Counted from the first letter of the stretch, positions 41,598 to 52,196 are shown. The stretch: DNA of 64,000 bases from Candidatus Omnitrophota bacterium (GCA_043823745.1 JBDRAN010000006.1:104176-168175), one strand, 5' to 3'. Numbers and translations: made by a program. The notes: generated by a model from the sequence alone, not told the origin.

Positions 41598-42503
41598 ATG
41601 GAGTTAGCGATTAATCTAGGAACTTTAAAGCTGAAAACCCCTATTATAGCTGCTTCCGGAACCTTTGGGTACGGGGAAGAACTCGTAGGGTTAGTTGATT
41701 TTACATCCATTGGCGCGATAATCACAAAAACGATTACGGTCGAGCCTCGTTCCGGAAACCCGCCGCCCAGGATTTACGAGACAAGCTGCGGAGTTCTTAA
41801 CTCGATCGGCCTCGAAAACCCCGGCCTCGAAAAATTCTTGCAGGAAAAGCTTCCTGCCCTGGCACGCCTTGATACTGTATGTATCGTCAGCATCGGTGGG
41901 TTTTCCTTTGAAGAGTACGAAAGCATGGTGCGCCGCATAAGTTCTTGTCGGGAAATCAAAGCGATCGAAGTGAATCTTTCCTGTCCCAACATACGTTTAA
42001 AGAAGATGATCTCGCAGGATAAGGCCGCGACAGCCCGTCTTATCAAAACGTTACGGCCGCTGACCGATAAGGTGCTGATTGCCAAAATTACTCCTGAAAC
42101 CGATGATATCGTTGCCGTAGCAGCAGCCTGTCGAGGAGCCGATGCCGACGCGATCTCGCTGGTCAATACTTTTTACGGGATGGCTTTGAATATTGAAACC
42201 GGTAAGCCGTATCTGGGTAATGGGTATGGCGGTTACTCAGGAAAAGCGATCAAGCCCATGGCGCTGTATCGGACCTGGCAGGTCGCAAAAAATATTGATA
42301 TTCCGATTATTGCCGGTGGTGGCGTTGAAAGTTCGGCTGACGTTATCGAGTTTATCATGGCGGGGGCCACTGCAGTGAGCGTTGGCACACTTAATTTCGT
42401 TTACCCTAACCATGCCGTAACTATCGCGCGCGGGTTACGTGATTACGGAAAGCATAAAAAAATAAAAAGCATTGAGGACGTACGCGGCAGCGCGGTCCTT
42501 TGA
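41598..42503 (+). CDS. pyrD: Dihydroorotate dehydrogenase catalytic subunit (class 1B)
   Basis: MELAINLGTLKLKTPIIAASGTFGYG...NLSCPN...GGV with the class 1 active-site Cys/Ser region. Confidence 0.9.
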   Translation: MELAINLGTLKLKTPIIAASGTFGYGEELVGLVDFTSIGAIITKTITVEPRSGNPPPRIYETSCGVLNSIGLENPGLEKFLQEKLPALARLDTVCIVSIGGFSFEEYESMVRRISSCREIKAIEVNLSCPNIRLKKMISQDKAATARLIKTLRPLTDKVLIAKITPETDDIVAVAAACRGADADAISLVNTFYGMALNIETGKPYLGNGYGGYSGKAIKPMALYRTWQVAKNIDIPIIAGGGVESSADVIEFIMAGATAVSVGTLNFVYPNHAVTIARGLRDYGKHKKIKSIEDVRGSAVL

Positions 42504-42513
42504 GGGAGAACGT

Positions 42514-43299
42514 ATGAGGGGATTTTTCCACGAAATAATACAAAGCGTATCGCAATCAAGTTTTTACGGGCGCGTTAAAGATGGCAAGGTTACCCGCAGC
42601 GTGCGTTATATTTTCCTTTTCGTTTTCCTGCTTTCTTTTTTATTCACGGCCCGCACCTTGTATATAATCAACCAGGGCGTTGCGCAGGGGGTTGTCTGGG
42701 CCAAGAAAAATCTCCCTGTTGTTACTATCGAAAACGGCAGCGCCCGCGCCGATGTGGCGCAACCGTTCGTTAAAGAGATCGAGGAAAGCATTATCATTAT
42801 CGATACCACCGGAATAATTACGACGCTTTCCGACTATACGCAGGGATTATTATTAACAAAGCATGAGCTTATCTATAAAAAGAGTACAGGCGAAACGCGT
42901 ATGTACGACTTGCGAAGAGTCAAACGCTTTCGCTTAGACGAAGCGTATATGCGTAAGGCCCAGAAGCTTATCGTGATAATCGGGTTTCCGCTCATCTGGA
43001 TAATGCTTTTCCTGTATTACGGGTGCGCGCGTTTTGTACAAATATTATTTTTTAGCTTGTTTGCGTACGCGATCGCGGCGTTGCAAAAAATAGAGCTTAC
43101 CTATAGCCAGATTTTTAATATTTCAGTGTACGCGGCAACGTGCAGCATGCTTTTGGGAGCATGCGTAGGGCTGGTGGGTTTAAAAATCCCTTTTTTCTGG
43201 TTGGCATACGCGTGTGTTTATATTCTCTATCTTGCCAAAGCGCTCGGTAATATCAAACGAGGCGATTCCGTCGCCAACCCCGGGCAGGGTGGTCAATGA
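42514..43299 (+). CDS. Hypothetical membrane protein
   Basis: 261 aa with several TM helices and a GAGGG RBS. It sits between pyrD and pyrF. Confidence 0.4.
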   Translation: MRGFFHEIIQSVSQSSFYGRVKDGKVTRSVRYIFLFVFLLSFLFTARTLYIINQGVAQGVVWAKKNLPVVTIENGSARADVAQPFVKEIEESIIIIDTTGIITTLSDYTQGLLLTKHELIYKKSTGETRMYDLRRVKRFRLDEAYMRKAQKLIVIIGFPLIWIMLFLYYGCARFVQILFFSLFAYAIAALQKIELTYSQIFNISVYAATCSMLLGACVGLVGLKIPFFWLAYACVYILYLAKALGNIKRGDSVANPGQGGQ

Positions 43300-43970
43300 A
43301 TATGCGGTGGACTTCACTGATTGTAGCTCTTGATGCAGATAACCGACGCGATATCGAACGCGTTATAAGCGCGTTGAATCCCTGTGGGGTTAAATTTAAA
43401 ATTGGTTCGATCGCATTTACTAAATTTGGCCCCGATTTCGTTAAACGCTGCATCGCGCGCGGAAGCGATATTTTTCTTGATCTTAAGCTCTACGATATTC
43501 CCAACACCATGAAAGAAACCGCCGCGGTCATTACTGAAATGGGGTGTTGGGCCTTCACCGTGCATGCTCAAGCAGGCAGAGAGGCGCTTTGTGCGGTGCG
43601 CGCTGAGGTTGACCTTCGCGCCCGCGTACATAAAATACGTAAACCCCTTATTTTGGGAGTAACAAAACTTACGAGTAGTCATGCGAGCGCTCATGCAGTG
43701 CTTACGCTTGCCGATACTGCGGCCGCCTGCGGCCTCGATGGTGTTATTGCGTCGGCCAAAGAGGCTCACGCAATTAAGAAGAAATTTGGTAAATCCTTGC
43801 GCGTGGTTACCCCAGGGATTCGCAGCCCCCAGGATGATCGTCAAGATCAGAAACGGATCACGACCGCGCGCGCTGCATTTGCCGCCGGCGCAGATTATAT
43901 CGTGGTCGGCAGGCCGATTATCGCTAAAAAAAACCACCGTGACGCCGCGCGCGATATTCTGAGCACCTGA
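43296..43970 (+). CDS. pyrF: Orotidine 5'-phosphate decarboxylase
   Basis: ...LIVALDADN...KFKIG...DLKLYDIPNTM... carries the catalytic Asp/Lys motifs. Confidence 0.9.
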   Translation: MNMRWTSLIVALDADNRRDIERVISALNPCGVKFKIGSIAFTKFGPDFVKRCIARGSDIFLDLKLYDIPNTMKETAAVITEMGCWAFTVHAQAGREALCAVRAEVDLRARVHKIRKPLILGVTKLTSSHASAHAVLTLADTAAACGLDGVIASAKEAHAIKKKFGKSLRVVTPGIRSPQDDRQDQKRITTARAAFAAGADYIVVGRPIIAKKNHRDAARDILST

Positions 43971-43991
43971 TATATTTCAAAACGCACGTTT

Positions 43992-44366
43992 ATGACGAAA
44001 GGATTTGTTTATTTTTCTCGTATCAATGCCTATTGGTATTGGGCAATCGGTTTGTTCTGTGTGGCAGCCGTAGCGGTTCATAGGATTTTTGGCGCCGGCT
44101 TTATCCTTGGAATCCTTGTTGCGGCAGGCAATGGGTTTCTTTTTTCCCGGTGTTATCGGCTTTTTTTTCAAGGCAAAAGGCTGGGTTTGGTGCTTATCAG
44201 TTCCGGGGTCCGTTACGGCGTTGTCGCAGCCGTTTTTTACGCCGCGGTTAAAAGCAATATGGTATTTTTTTACGGTGTTATTGCCGGTTTTGCGTTGTTG
44301 CAGACTGCTTTTTTCCTGGCGCAGCTATTTTTTTGGGGTAGATCCAGTCGCCACCCCAGCCCATGA
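43992..44366 (+). CDS. Hypothetical small membrane protein upstream of the V-ATPase operon
   Basis: 124 aa with three or four TM helices. Its position is analogous to AtpZ/AtpI-like accessory proteins, but there is no sequence signature. Confidence 0.35.
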   Translation: MTKGFVYFSRINAYWYWAIGLFCVAAVAVHRIFGAGFILGILVAAGNGFLFSRCYRLFFQGKRLGLVLISSGVRYGVVAAVFYAAVKSNMVFFYGVIAGFALLQTAFFLAQLFFWGRSSRHPSP

Positions 44367-44631
44367 GGAATTTTAGCGCCGGTGGTACACGTTTTTATAC
44401 GTCCCGTAAGTAAAAAAAGCATTGATTTTATTGTATGTTCATACAAACGCGCTTAAGGGATAAGTGTTAAAAATGATTGAATTTATGCGCTTGATACATT
44501 ATAATTGATACTTACCGGTGGGCCGGTTTATATAAGGTGGACGTTTCAAAATTTCGCTCCTCGACATAACTTACGCGGTAGGCTCCCGCCGCGTTTCTGG
44601 CGCGTAGCGGAGTTTCATTCTCGGAGGTTTT

Positions 44632-45252
44632 ATGAGTCAGGATTTACAAGGTTTGATACAAAAGATTCAGCAAGAAGGCATCGAGGCGGCCCAAAAAAGC
44701 GCACGGCAGATCGAAGACCAAGCCCGTGAAAAAGCGCGCGCGATCATTAAGGTTGCTCAGAATGAGGCGTTAGCGCTTACTGCTGCTGCCCGGGAGGCCA
44801 TTGTCCGTGAACGGGCTAGCAGCGATGCAAACCTCGCGCACGCGGCCCGTAATACCGTGATCAGCTTGCGTCAGGAAATTACGGCGATTTTACACCGCCT
44901 TCTTACCCTCGATGTGCGTAAGGCTTTACGCCCCGAAGAGCTCGTTACCATTGTCGCAGCGCTTATTAACAGGTGCCCGCTTGCGCAGCAAGGCTCGGTT
45001 GTTGTTTCGCTTTCCAAAGATGATTGCGCTTATTTAGAGAGCAGCCTGTTTGGCGCGCTTGCCGAAGAAATGAAAACCAAGATTGTGCTTAAAACCTCGG
45101 ACGATATTGATGCCGGCTTTGTGATCAGTTTTGACGCAGGCAAATCGCATTTTGATTTTACCGACAAAGCGCTTACCGAATATATGAGCATATATCTTGA
45201 CCCGAAATTAAATCAAATCATGCGTGGGGACCTTTCCCAGCCGGCGAAGTAA
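44632..45252 (+). CDS. atpE: V-type ATP synthase subunit E
   Basis: MSQDLQGLIQKIQQEGIEAAQKSARQIEDQAREKARAII... is a coiled-coil N-terminus; 206 aa. Confidence 0.8.
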   Translation: MSQDLQGLIQKIQQEGIEAAQKSARQIEDQAREKARAIIKVAQNEALALTAAAREAIVRERASSDANLAHAARNTVISLRQEITAILHRLLTLDVRKALRPEELVTIVAALINRCPLAQQGSVVVSLSKDDCAYLESSLFGALAEEMKTKIVLKTSDDIDAGFVISFDAGKSHFDFTDKALTEYMSIYLDPKLNQIMRGDLSQPAK

Positions 45253-45256
45253 ATTC

Positions 45257-45787
45257 ATGGCGAATTCCTATATATATCTCGTGGCAAGTTTGCCGATGCT
45301 TCATTTCGGAGCAAAACCGCCGTTTTCCTTTGAGCGGTTTCTTGAGCTTTGTTCCGGCTTGGTGAGTGAACCGGACAAAGAGCTTCTTGAGCGCTCACGG
45401 AGCCTTGAAGTATTTCCCAGCGCTTCATCGGGCCTGTCGGCCTTTCGCGCTTGGCTATCGTTCGAGACCGCCCTGCGCAATGAGCTCATCAAGATTCGCG
45501 CAAGCCGTATACATAGCGATGCCCAGCGGTATCTGCGTCAGGATGTTTCATCAGAAGTTTCTTTGACTCACATCGCGCTCGCGGCTCACCGCAACCCCTC
45601 GATGGTAGAAGCAGAAAAGTTTCTTGACCAGCAGCGCTGGCAAAAACTAGAAGAGATAGCCTGGGGCCATTATTTTGACATGGTTGTGCTGGTGAGCTAC
45701 GCTCAGAGGCTATTGATACTGGAGCGTTGGGAACGCATACGTAACGCTCATGCATCAGAACTCCTCGAGGAGGCGCTTACGCGCTGA
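45257..45787 (+). CDS. Conserved hypothetical protein of V-ATPase operons (DUF2764-like position)
   Basis: About 176 aa between atpE and atpA, the same slot as the chlamydial hypothetical gene. There is no catalytic motif. Confidence 0.4.
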   Translation: MANSYIYLVASLPMLHFGAKPPFSFERFLELCSGLVSEPDKELLERSRSLEVFPSASSGLSAFRAWLSFETALRNELIKIRASRIHSDAQRYLRQDVSSEVSLTHIALAAHRNPSMVEAEKFLDQQRWQKLEEIAWGHYFDMVVLVSYAQRLLILERWERIRNAHASELLEEALTR

Positions 45788-45810
45788 AGGATTATTACGA
45801 TTTGATTACC

Positions 45811-47553
45811 ATGCCAAAACGAACCGGTCATATTATTCGTATTAACGCAAACATGGTTGCGGTAGCGACCTCGGGTATCGTTATTCAGAACGAGGTCGCC
45901 CACATCGTATCCGACGACGCGCGCCTTAAGGCTGAAGTTATCCGCGTGCGTAACAATGTTGCTGAAATGCAGGTATTTGAGAGCACGCAGGGCTTACGCG
46001 TGGGCCAAGAAGTTATCTTTAGCGGGGAGCTGCTGTCGGTTGAGCTTGGCCCGGGGCTCTTGGGCCAGATCTTTGACGGCCTGCAAAATCCGCTGCCTCA
46101 GTTAGCGGAAGCCTGCGGATTTTTCTTAAAGCGGGGAGTTTACCTGCACGCGTTACCGGAGGAGGCCCGCTGGGATTTTACGCCGCTGGTTGCCGCCGGC
46201 GACCCCGTTAGGCCGGGCAGCAAGCTTGGATTTGTGCAGGAGAAACTTTTTAAACACGCGATCATGGTCCCCTTTGGGTTCCCGCAAGACTTGGAAGTAA
46301 CGAGTATTGTTCAACGCGGAAGCTATGATTTAAAACACGGTATCGCCACCCTTAAAGATGCCAACGGGAAATCGTACGAATGTTTTTTACGTCAATCGTG
46401 GCCGGTTAAAATCCCGATAACGGCGTACGCAGAAAAATTAAAACCTCATGAACCGATGATTACCAAGATGCGTGTGATCGACTCACTTTTTCCCGTGGCC
46501 CGCGGCGGAACCTATTGTATCCCCGGCCCGTTTGGCGCGGGTAAGACGGTTCTTCAACAGCTGACCAGCCGTCATGCGGATGTTGACGTGGTTGTTATCG
46601 CCGCCTGCGGCGAGCGCGCCGGAGAAGTAGTCGAGACTTTAAAAACGTTTCCGGAGATCATCGATCCACGCACGAAGCGCCCCTTGCTTGACCGCACGAT
46701 TATTATTTGCAATACGAGCTCCATGCCGGTTGCCGCGCGCGAATCAAGCGTTTATACTGCGGTAACGATCTCCGAATATTATCGGCAAATGGGGCTTCAT
46801 GTTTTATTGCTGGCTGATTCTACCAGCCGCTGGGCCCAGGCAACGCGCGAGATGTCAGGAAGGCTTGAGGAGATCCCGGGTGAAGAGGCGTTTCCGGCGT
46901 ACCTCGAATCTCGTATCGCTTCCTTTTATGAACGTGCCGGCTTGGTGAGATTATATGACGGAGAGGTCGGTTCCATCACGATCGGCGGGACGGTCAGCCC
47001 CGCCGGGGGGAATTTCGAAGAACCGGTGACTCAGGCAACCTTAAAAGTTGTGGGAGCGTTCCATGGTTTGAGTCGCGAGCGTTCAAACGCGCGCCGATAT
47101 CCTGCAATTGACCCTTTGATCAGTTGGAGTAAATATCCGGGGTTTATCGCGTCGGAAAAAACCAGCCGAGGCCATCGTGCCTTACGCACGAGCTCCGATG
47201 TCGCTCAGATGATGAAAGTAATCGGCGAAGAAGGAACGGCGCTTGCTGATTATGTTGATTATCTTAAGGGAGAATTTTTTGATTTTGTTTATTTGCAGCA
47301 GAACGCGTTTGATGTGATTGACGAAGCGACTTCCCGTGAGCGTCAGCAATATGTATTTGATTTTATCGATACGATTTTAGAAGCTCAGTTTGACTTTTCC
47401 GATAAGGAAGCGGCATTACGATTTTTTCAGTCTCTGCGCCAATTGTTCCGAGGTCTCAATTCAGCAGAGTTTGCGAGTCAAGAGTTTAAGGGTATCGAAC
47501 GGGAGATCAGCGTTGCGGTCGATGCCAAGCGTGTAACGGAAAAACATGCATAA
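45811..47553 (+). CDS. atpA: V-type ATP synthase catalytic subunit A
   Basis: Walker A GPFGAGKT at about 580 aa, with the non-homologous insert typical of A subunits. The ATG at 45811 is preferred over the TTG at 45802. Confidence 0.9.
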   Translation: MPKRTGHIIRINANMVAVATSGIVIQNEVAHIVSDDARLKAEVIRVRNNVAEMQVFESTQGLRVGQEVIFSGELLSVELGPGLLGQIFDGLQNPLPQLAEACGFFLKRGVYLHALPEEARWDFTPLVAAGDPVRPGSKLGFVQEKLFKHAIMVPFGFPQDLEVTSIVQRGSYDLKHGIATLKDANGKSYECFLRQSWPVKIPITAYAEKLKPHEPMITKMRVIDSLFPVARGGTYCIPGPFGAGKTVLQQLTSRHADVDVVVIAACGERAGEVVETLKTFPEIIDPRTKRPLLDRTIIICNTSSMPVAARESSVYTAVTISEYYRQMGLHVLLLADSTSRWAQATREMSGRLEEIPGEEAFPAYLESRIASFYERAGLVRLYDGEVGSITIGGTVSPAGGNFEEPVTQATLKVVGAFHGLSRERSNARRYPAIDPLISWSKYPGFIASEKTSRGHRALRTSSDVAQMMKVIGEEGTALADYVDYLKGEFFDFVYLQQNAFDVIDEATSRERQQYVFDFIDTILEAQFDFSDKEAALRFFQSLRQLFRGLNSAEFASQEFKGIEREISVAVDAKRVTEKHA

Positions 47554-48841
47554 GGTCTATACAAATATTGTCGAGATCGCCGGCGATGTGATCACGGTCG
47601 TGGCTGAGGGTGTCGGGTATCTTGATATCGCTCAAATAACGACAAGCCGGGGAACTTCCCTCGCGCAGGTTATTCGTATCAATAAGGATAGGGTGTATCT
47701 GCAGGTTTTTGCCGGTAGTCGTGGAATCTCTACCGGCGACCGCGTCCGTTTTCTGGGGCATCCGATGCGTTGCCCCAGCGGCGAAGATCTCCTGGGACGA
47801 ATCTTTAACGGCAGCGGTCTGCCACTTGATAATGGGCCGCATCTTGATGAAAGCATGATCGAAATCGGCGGGCCGTCGGTTAATCCCGTCAAACGTATTG
47901 TTCCTAACAAAATGATACGCACCGGCCTTCCGATGATCGATGTATTCAATTCTCTGGTCGAGTCTCAGAAGCTGCCGATTTTCTCCATTGCCGGAGAGCC
48001 CTATAATGAGTTACTCGCGCGCATCGCCATGCAGGCAGAAATCGATATTATTATTTTAGGAGGCATGGGTTTAAAATATGACGATTATCTTTTCTTTCGC
48101 GATACGTTAAAAGAACACGGCTCGCTTTCGCGTTCTATTTTCTTTATCCATACCGCGTCAGATCCGACGGTTGAGTGCCTGCTTGTTCCGGACATAAGCC
48201 TTGCGGTTGCCGAGCACTTTGCGCTCGGAGGCAAACGCGTGCTGGTGTTACTTACCGATATGACTAATTTTGCCGACGCGCTCAAGGAGGTTTCGATTAC
48301 CATGGAGCAGGTACCTTCTAACCGAGGGTACCCCGGCGATCTCTATAGTCAGCTCGCCGCCCGTTACGAAAAAGCGGTTGATTTTGATACCGCCGGCTCC
48401 ATCACGATCCTTGCGGTGACAACCATGCCCGGCGATGACGTGACGCATCCGGTCCCGGACAATACCGGATATATTACCGAAGGCCAATTTTATTTAAAAG
48501 GCGGCGTGATAGAACCTTTTGGCTCACTCAGCCGTCTCAAACAACAGGTCAATGGTGCTACGCGTGACGATCATCGCACGATTATGGACACGATGATTCA
48601 GCTCTTTGCTCATTACCGGGAGACACTCGAAAAACAATCAATGGGGTTTCAGATGAGCCCGTGGGACAAAAAACTTCTTTCCTACGGACATCTTTTTGAG
48701 AAACATATGATGTCGCTTGCCGTCAATACTCCGCTTGAGCGCGCGCTTGATCTCGGATGGCAGATCATGCAACAATGCTTTGCTCCCGAAGAAACAGGCA
48801 TTAAGAAATCGATGATCGAGAAATACTGGCCCAAAACGTAA
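47546..48841 (+). CDS. atpB: V-type ATP synthase subunit B
   Basis: 431 aa with the non-catalytic nucleotide-binding fold. It overlaps the atpA stop. Confidence 0.9.
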   Translation: MHKVYTNIVEIAGDVITVVAEGVGYLDIAQITTSRGTSLAQVIRINKDRVYLQVFAGSRGISTGDRVRFLGHPMRCPSGEDLLGRIFNGSGLPLDNGPHLDESMIEIGGPSVNPVKRIVPNKMIRTGLPMIDVFNSLVESQKLPIFSIAGEPYNELLARIAMQAEIDIIILGGMGLKYDDYLFFRDTLKEHGSLSRSIFFIHTASDPTVECLLVPDISLAVAEHFALGGKRVLVLLTDMTNFADALKEVSITMEQVPSNRGYPGDLYSQLAARYEKAVDFDTAGSITILAVTTMPGDDVTHPVPDNTGYITEGQFYLKGGVIEPFGSLSRLKQQVNGATRDDHRTIMDTMIQLFAHYRETLEKQSMGFQMSPWDKKLLSYGHLFEKHMMSLAVNTPLERALDLGWQIMQQCFAPEETGIKKSMIEKYWPKT

Positions 48842-48865
48842 TAATTGAAGATGAAATCTCAAGCC

Positions 48866-48925
48866 ACAAATCCCAAATCCCAAATTCCAAATAAATTCCA
48901 ATTATCAAATCTCAATGACCAAAAT
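48866..48925. repeat. CA-rich simple repeat (CCAAAT-like units, about six) in the atpB-atpD intergenic region
   Basis: cacaaatcccaaatcccaaattccaaataaattccaattatcaaatctcaatgaccaaaat, read directly. Confidence 0.5.
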
Positions 48926-49025
48926 TTTTCTGTTTGGATAATTAGAATTTTCCGCCCACGGCAGACCCGTCTCTCGGTGATACCTGCGGCGGCGCTGGTA
49001 TTTGGAGCCAGGAATTTATAAAAGT

Positions 49026-49643
49026 ATGGCAAAGGTAAAACTGACAAAAGGGGAATTAAAAAAGCAACGAGATGCCCTGCGTCAGTACCAGCGCTATCTA
49101 CCCACGTTACAACTTAAAAAACAGCAGTTACAAGTAGAAATTCTTCGTCAGACCGCGCTTCTTTCTGAGCGCGACCGCGCGTTGCAGGAGAAAAAGAGCG
49201 CAGCGGGGGCCTGGAGCGCTTTGCTTGCCGAAGCGCCGCAGGCCACTTTTAAGGGGTTATCGCGCCGCACGACGGTACGCGGTACGCGGAACATTGCCGG
49301 CGTGGATATTCCGGAATTCGTGCGCGTCGAATTCGAAGCAATTACCTACGATCTTTTTACCACGCCGCTCTGGGTTGATCACGCGATCGAAGCATTAAAA
49401 ACCATAATCGCGCTGCGTGAGGAAAGAGCGATACTCCAGCATGGCGTGGATGCGCTTCGGACAGAGCTGCACGTTACCGCGCAACGCGTTAATCTTTTTG
49501 AGAAAGTAAAGATTCCCGAGGCAGAAGAAGACATACGGTTGATTAAAATTTATATCGGCGATCAGATGGCTAACGCCGTCGGCCGCAGCAAGATGGCAAA
49601 ACGAAAAATTGAAGAGTACGCGCGTATGGAGCAGATGGCATGA
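49026..49643 (+). CDS. atpD: V-type ATP synthase subunit D
   Basis: MAKVKLTKGELKKQRDALRQYQRYLPTLQLKKQQLQ...; 205 aa. Confidence 0.85.
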   Translation: MAKVKLTKGELKKQRDALRQYQRYLPTLQLKKQQLQVEILRQTALLSERDRALQEKKSAAGAWSALLAEAPQATFKGLSRRTTVRGTRNIAGVDIPEFVRVEFEAITYDLFTTPLWVDHAIEALKTIIALREERAILQHGVDALRTELHVTAQRVNLFEKVKIPEAEEDIRLIKIYIGDQMANAVGRSKMAKRKIEEYARMEQMA

Positions 49644-51403
49644 TTGTGCCGATGAAAAAAATCGCGGTGATTCTTGAGGCAAAAGATGCGCACCGGGCGC
49701 TCGGCACACTGCGGTCGTTAGGCATTCTGCATGTCGAATATCTGCGTCCCCCGGCGAGCAGCCAAACAGCGAGTCTCCAGCAAGACTACGCCTTACTGAG
49801 CGAGGCGATCGCGATTCTGGGCGCCCCCGAATTTAAGGATGTATCAGCCGATGCATCCACCAAACCTTACGACTGGAAAGCCTGCGCGCGCCGAATCATT
49901 GATTCATACAAACGTCTTGATCAGCTCAATGAATATCTGGTGACGATGAGGCAGCGGATTGTTGAGTGGGAGCCGTGGGGCGATTTTGATCCCGCGGCGC
50001 TTGTGGCACTTACTCAACACGGTATTGTGGTAAAGCTGTATCAGATTCCGCGCGCTGAAATCAAAAATATCCCCCCGGCAATTATCGTAAAAGAAATCTG
50101 CGTCCGCGAGAAACGGGTGCATTGTGCCTTGATAAACCGCGAAAAGGTCGAGGTTCCTTTTAAAGAGGTTATGCCTTCGAAAATGAGCCTTGCGGCAATG
50201 CGCGAGCGTCTGAACCATGATCAACGGACTATTGCTACCATACGAAAGGATATTGCGCGGCATACGGTGCTTCGTGCGCGCTTGCAAGATACGCGCGCGG
50301 CCATTGTCCATGAATTAGAGTTCCAGAAGGCCCTGGTCGGCATGGGCCAGGAGGGGGCGTTGAGCTATATAACAGGCTATATTCCGTTCGATACCGTGGG
50401 GAAACTTAAAGAGGCATCACGGATCCATCAATGGGCACTTTCGGTAAGCGATCCCGGGTCAGAAGACGCGGTACCCACGCTGATTCGCAACCCCCGCTGG
50501 GTTTCTCTGATTGAGCCGATATTTAAGCTTATTGAAGTCACCCCAGGCTATCGGGAGCTTGATATCAGCATTTGGTTTTTGATCTTTTTCTCGATATTCT
50601 TCGGCATGCTTATCGGCGACGCCGGCGTTGGCCTTGTTTTCATGATTTTGACCGCTTTTTTTCAGCGAAAAGCAGCCCGCAAAGGCGTCAAAACCCCTAT
50701 TTTTATTCTTTTCCATATTTTGAGTTTATGTGCTATTATATGGGGAGTTTTGACCGGGACCTTTTTCGGTCAAGTATGGCTTCCTGTCTGGATAAAGCCA
50801 CTGGTGCCGGCGCTACGAAACGAAAGAAATGTGCAAGTTCTCTGTTTTTTTCTAGGGGCTACGCATTTAACGATAGCTCATTTGTGGCGTGCTGTTTTAA
50901 AGTTTCCGGCCCTTCGGGCGTTCGCCGACGTCGGCTGGATTATTATCCTGTGGGTTGGTTTTTTTCTGGCAAAGGCGTTGGTTCTAGGAGATGCCTTCCC
51001 GGCGTTTGGGCTTTGGTTTTTTATTTCCGGAGCAGTATTGGTTATTACCTGCGCTGACCCTCAAAAAAATATTCTTAAAGGTTTAGCCAACGGTTTTGGC
51101 GGTTTTCTTTTGAGCGTTGTCAATAGCTTTACGGACGTCGTCTCGTATATACGACTTTTTGCAGTCGGGCTTGCTTCAGTCGCCGTTGCCGACGCGTTTA
51201 TGCTTATGGCCTTGGAGATAGGCCATAAAAATATATTTTCTACCATTGCCATGAGCGTTGTGCTTATTGCCGGACAGGCGCTCAATGTGGTGCTCGGGCC
51301 GATGGCGGTCTTGGTACATGGCGTGCGTCTTAATGTGCTTGAGTTTTGCGGTCATGTGGATGTAAAGTGGAGCGGTTTTGAATATAAGCCGTTGGCTGAA
51401 TAA
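49640..51403 (+). CDS. atpI: V-type ATP synthase subunit I (a subunit)
   Basis: 587 aa with a hydrophilic N-terminal half and a polytopic C-terminal half. It overlaps the atpD stop. Confidence 0.85.
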   Translation: MIVPMKKIAVILEAKDAHRALGTLRSLGILHVEYLRPPASSQTASLQQDYALLSEAIAILGAPEFKDVSADASTKPYDWKACARRIIDSYKRLDQLNEYLVTMRQRIVEWEPWGDFDPAALVALTQHGIVVKLYQIPRAEIKNIPPAIIVKEICVREKRVHCALINREKVEVPFKEVMPSKMSLAAMRERLNHDQRTIATIRKDIARHTVLRARLQDTRAAIVHELEFQKALVGMGQEGALSYITGYIPFDTVGKLKEASRIHQWALSVSDPGSEDAVPTLIRNPRWVSLIEPIFKLIEVTPGYRELDISIWFLIFFSIFFGMLIGDAGVGLVFMILTAFFQRKAARKGVKTPIFILFHILSLCAIIWGVLTGTFFGQVWLPVWIKPLVPALRNERNVQVLCFFLGATHLTIAHLWRAVLKFPALRAFADVGWIIILWVGFFLAKALVLGDAFPAFGLWFFISGAVLVITCADPQKNILKGLANGFGGFLLSVVNSFTDVVSYIRLFAVGLASVAVADAFMLMALEIGHKNIFSTIAMSVVLIAGQALNVVLGPMAVLVHGVRLNVLEFCGHVDVKWSGFEYKPLAE

Positions 51404-51440
51404 AAAAGAGCGCTTGTTCCGTTAAAAAAGGAGAAAGGCG

Positions 51441-51899
51441 ATGGATGCAAATACGTTAATGCAATTCAAAGATTTAGGATTGGGTTCAGTGCTTGGTTTT
51501 GCCGCCATGGGCTCAGCCTGGGGCGCTGGTGTCGCCGGTATGGCTGCAATTGGAGCATGGAAAAAATGTTTCGCTCAGAATAAGGCCGCCCCCTTCATGA
51601 TACTTGCGTTTGTCGGCGCCCCCTTGACGCAAACGGTGTATGGCATGATTGTCATGAATAAAATGGCTGAACTTGCCATGCGCGGACAATATCTCTGGGG
51701 TATCGGGATTTTCTTTGGAATCGCCATGGGGCTTTCGGCGCTCTGGCAGGGTAGGGCCGGTGCCGCAGCCGCCGATGCGATGGGAGAGACCGGCAAGGGG
51801 TTTGGCAACTATATTATCGTGCTTGGTGTTATTGAAACCGTCGCGCTCTTTGTGATGGGGTTTTGTTTTGGGCTCTTGGGTAAGCTCGCTGCAGCGTAA
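51441..51899 (+). CDS. atpK: V-type ATP synthase subunit K (proteolipid)
   Basis: 152 aa, Gly/Ala-rich four-TM proteolipid with a conserved Glu in the last hairpin. Confidence 0.85.
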   Translation: MDANTLMQFKDLGLGSVLGFAAMGSAWGAGVAGMAAIGAWKKCFAQNKAAPFMILAFVGAPLTQTVYGMIVMNKMAELAMRGQYLWGIGIFFGIAMGLSALWQGRAGAAAADAMGETGKGFGNYIIVLGVIETVALFVMGFCFGLLGKLAAA

Positions 51900-51955
51900 C
51901 GGGCGCTTAACGGGGAGCATACGTAATTGGTCGATAGTGCAATAAAATTTTTTTT

Positions 51956-52030
51956 GGGCGGTTGGCGCAGCGGAAGCGCATCTCGCTTACACCGAGGGGG
52001 TCACAGGTTCGAATCCTGTACCGCCCACCA
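51956..52030 (+). tRNA. tRNA-Val (anticodon UAC), CCA encoded
   Basis: GGGCGGTTGGCGCAGCGGAAGCGCATCTCGCTTACACCGAGGGGGTCACAGGTTCGAATCCTGTACCGCCCACCA. Hand-folded cloverleaf. Confidence 0.85.
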
Positions 52031-52196
52031 TTTTTGTCTGTAATGTAAATTTAGCAAAAACGGTGAGGTCTCGCCCGCCCTAAAGGGCGAGGCGGACCCA
52101 TTTCAACTCTTAGCTCATAAGGCCATAAGACGTAAAGAAGCAAATACGGATTCCGTATATTAATTGTTAGATGAAATATTAAAATAAAAAGGGGAG

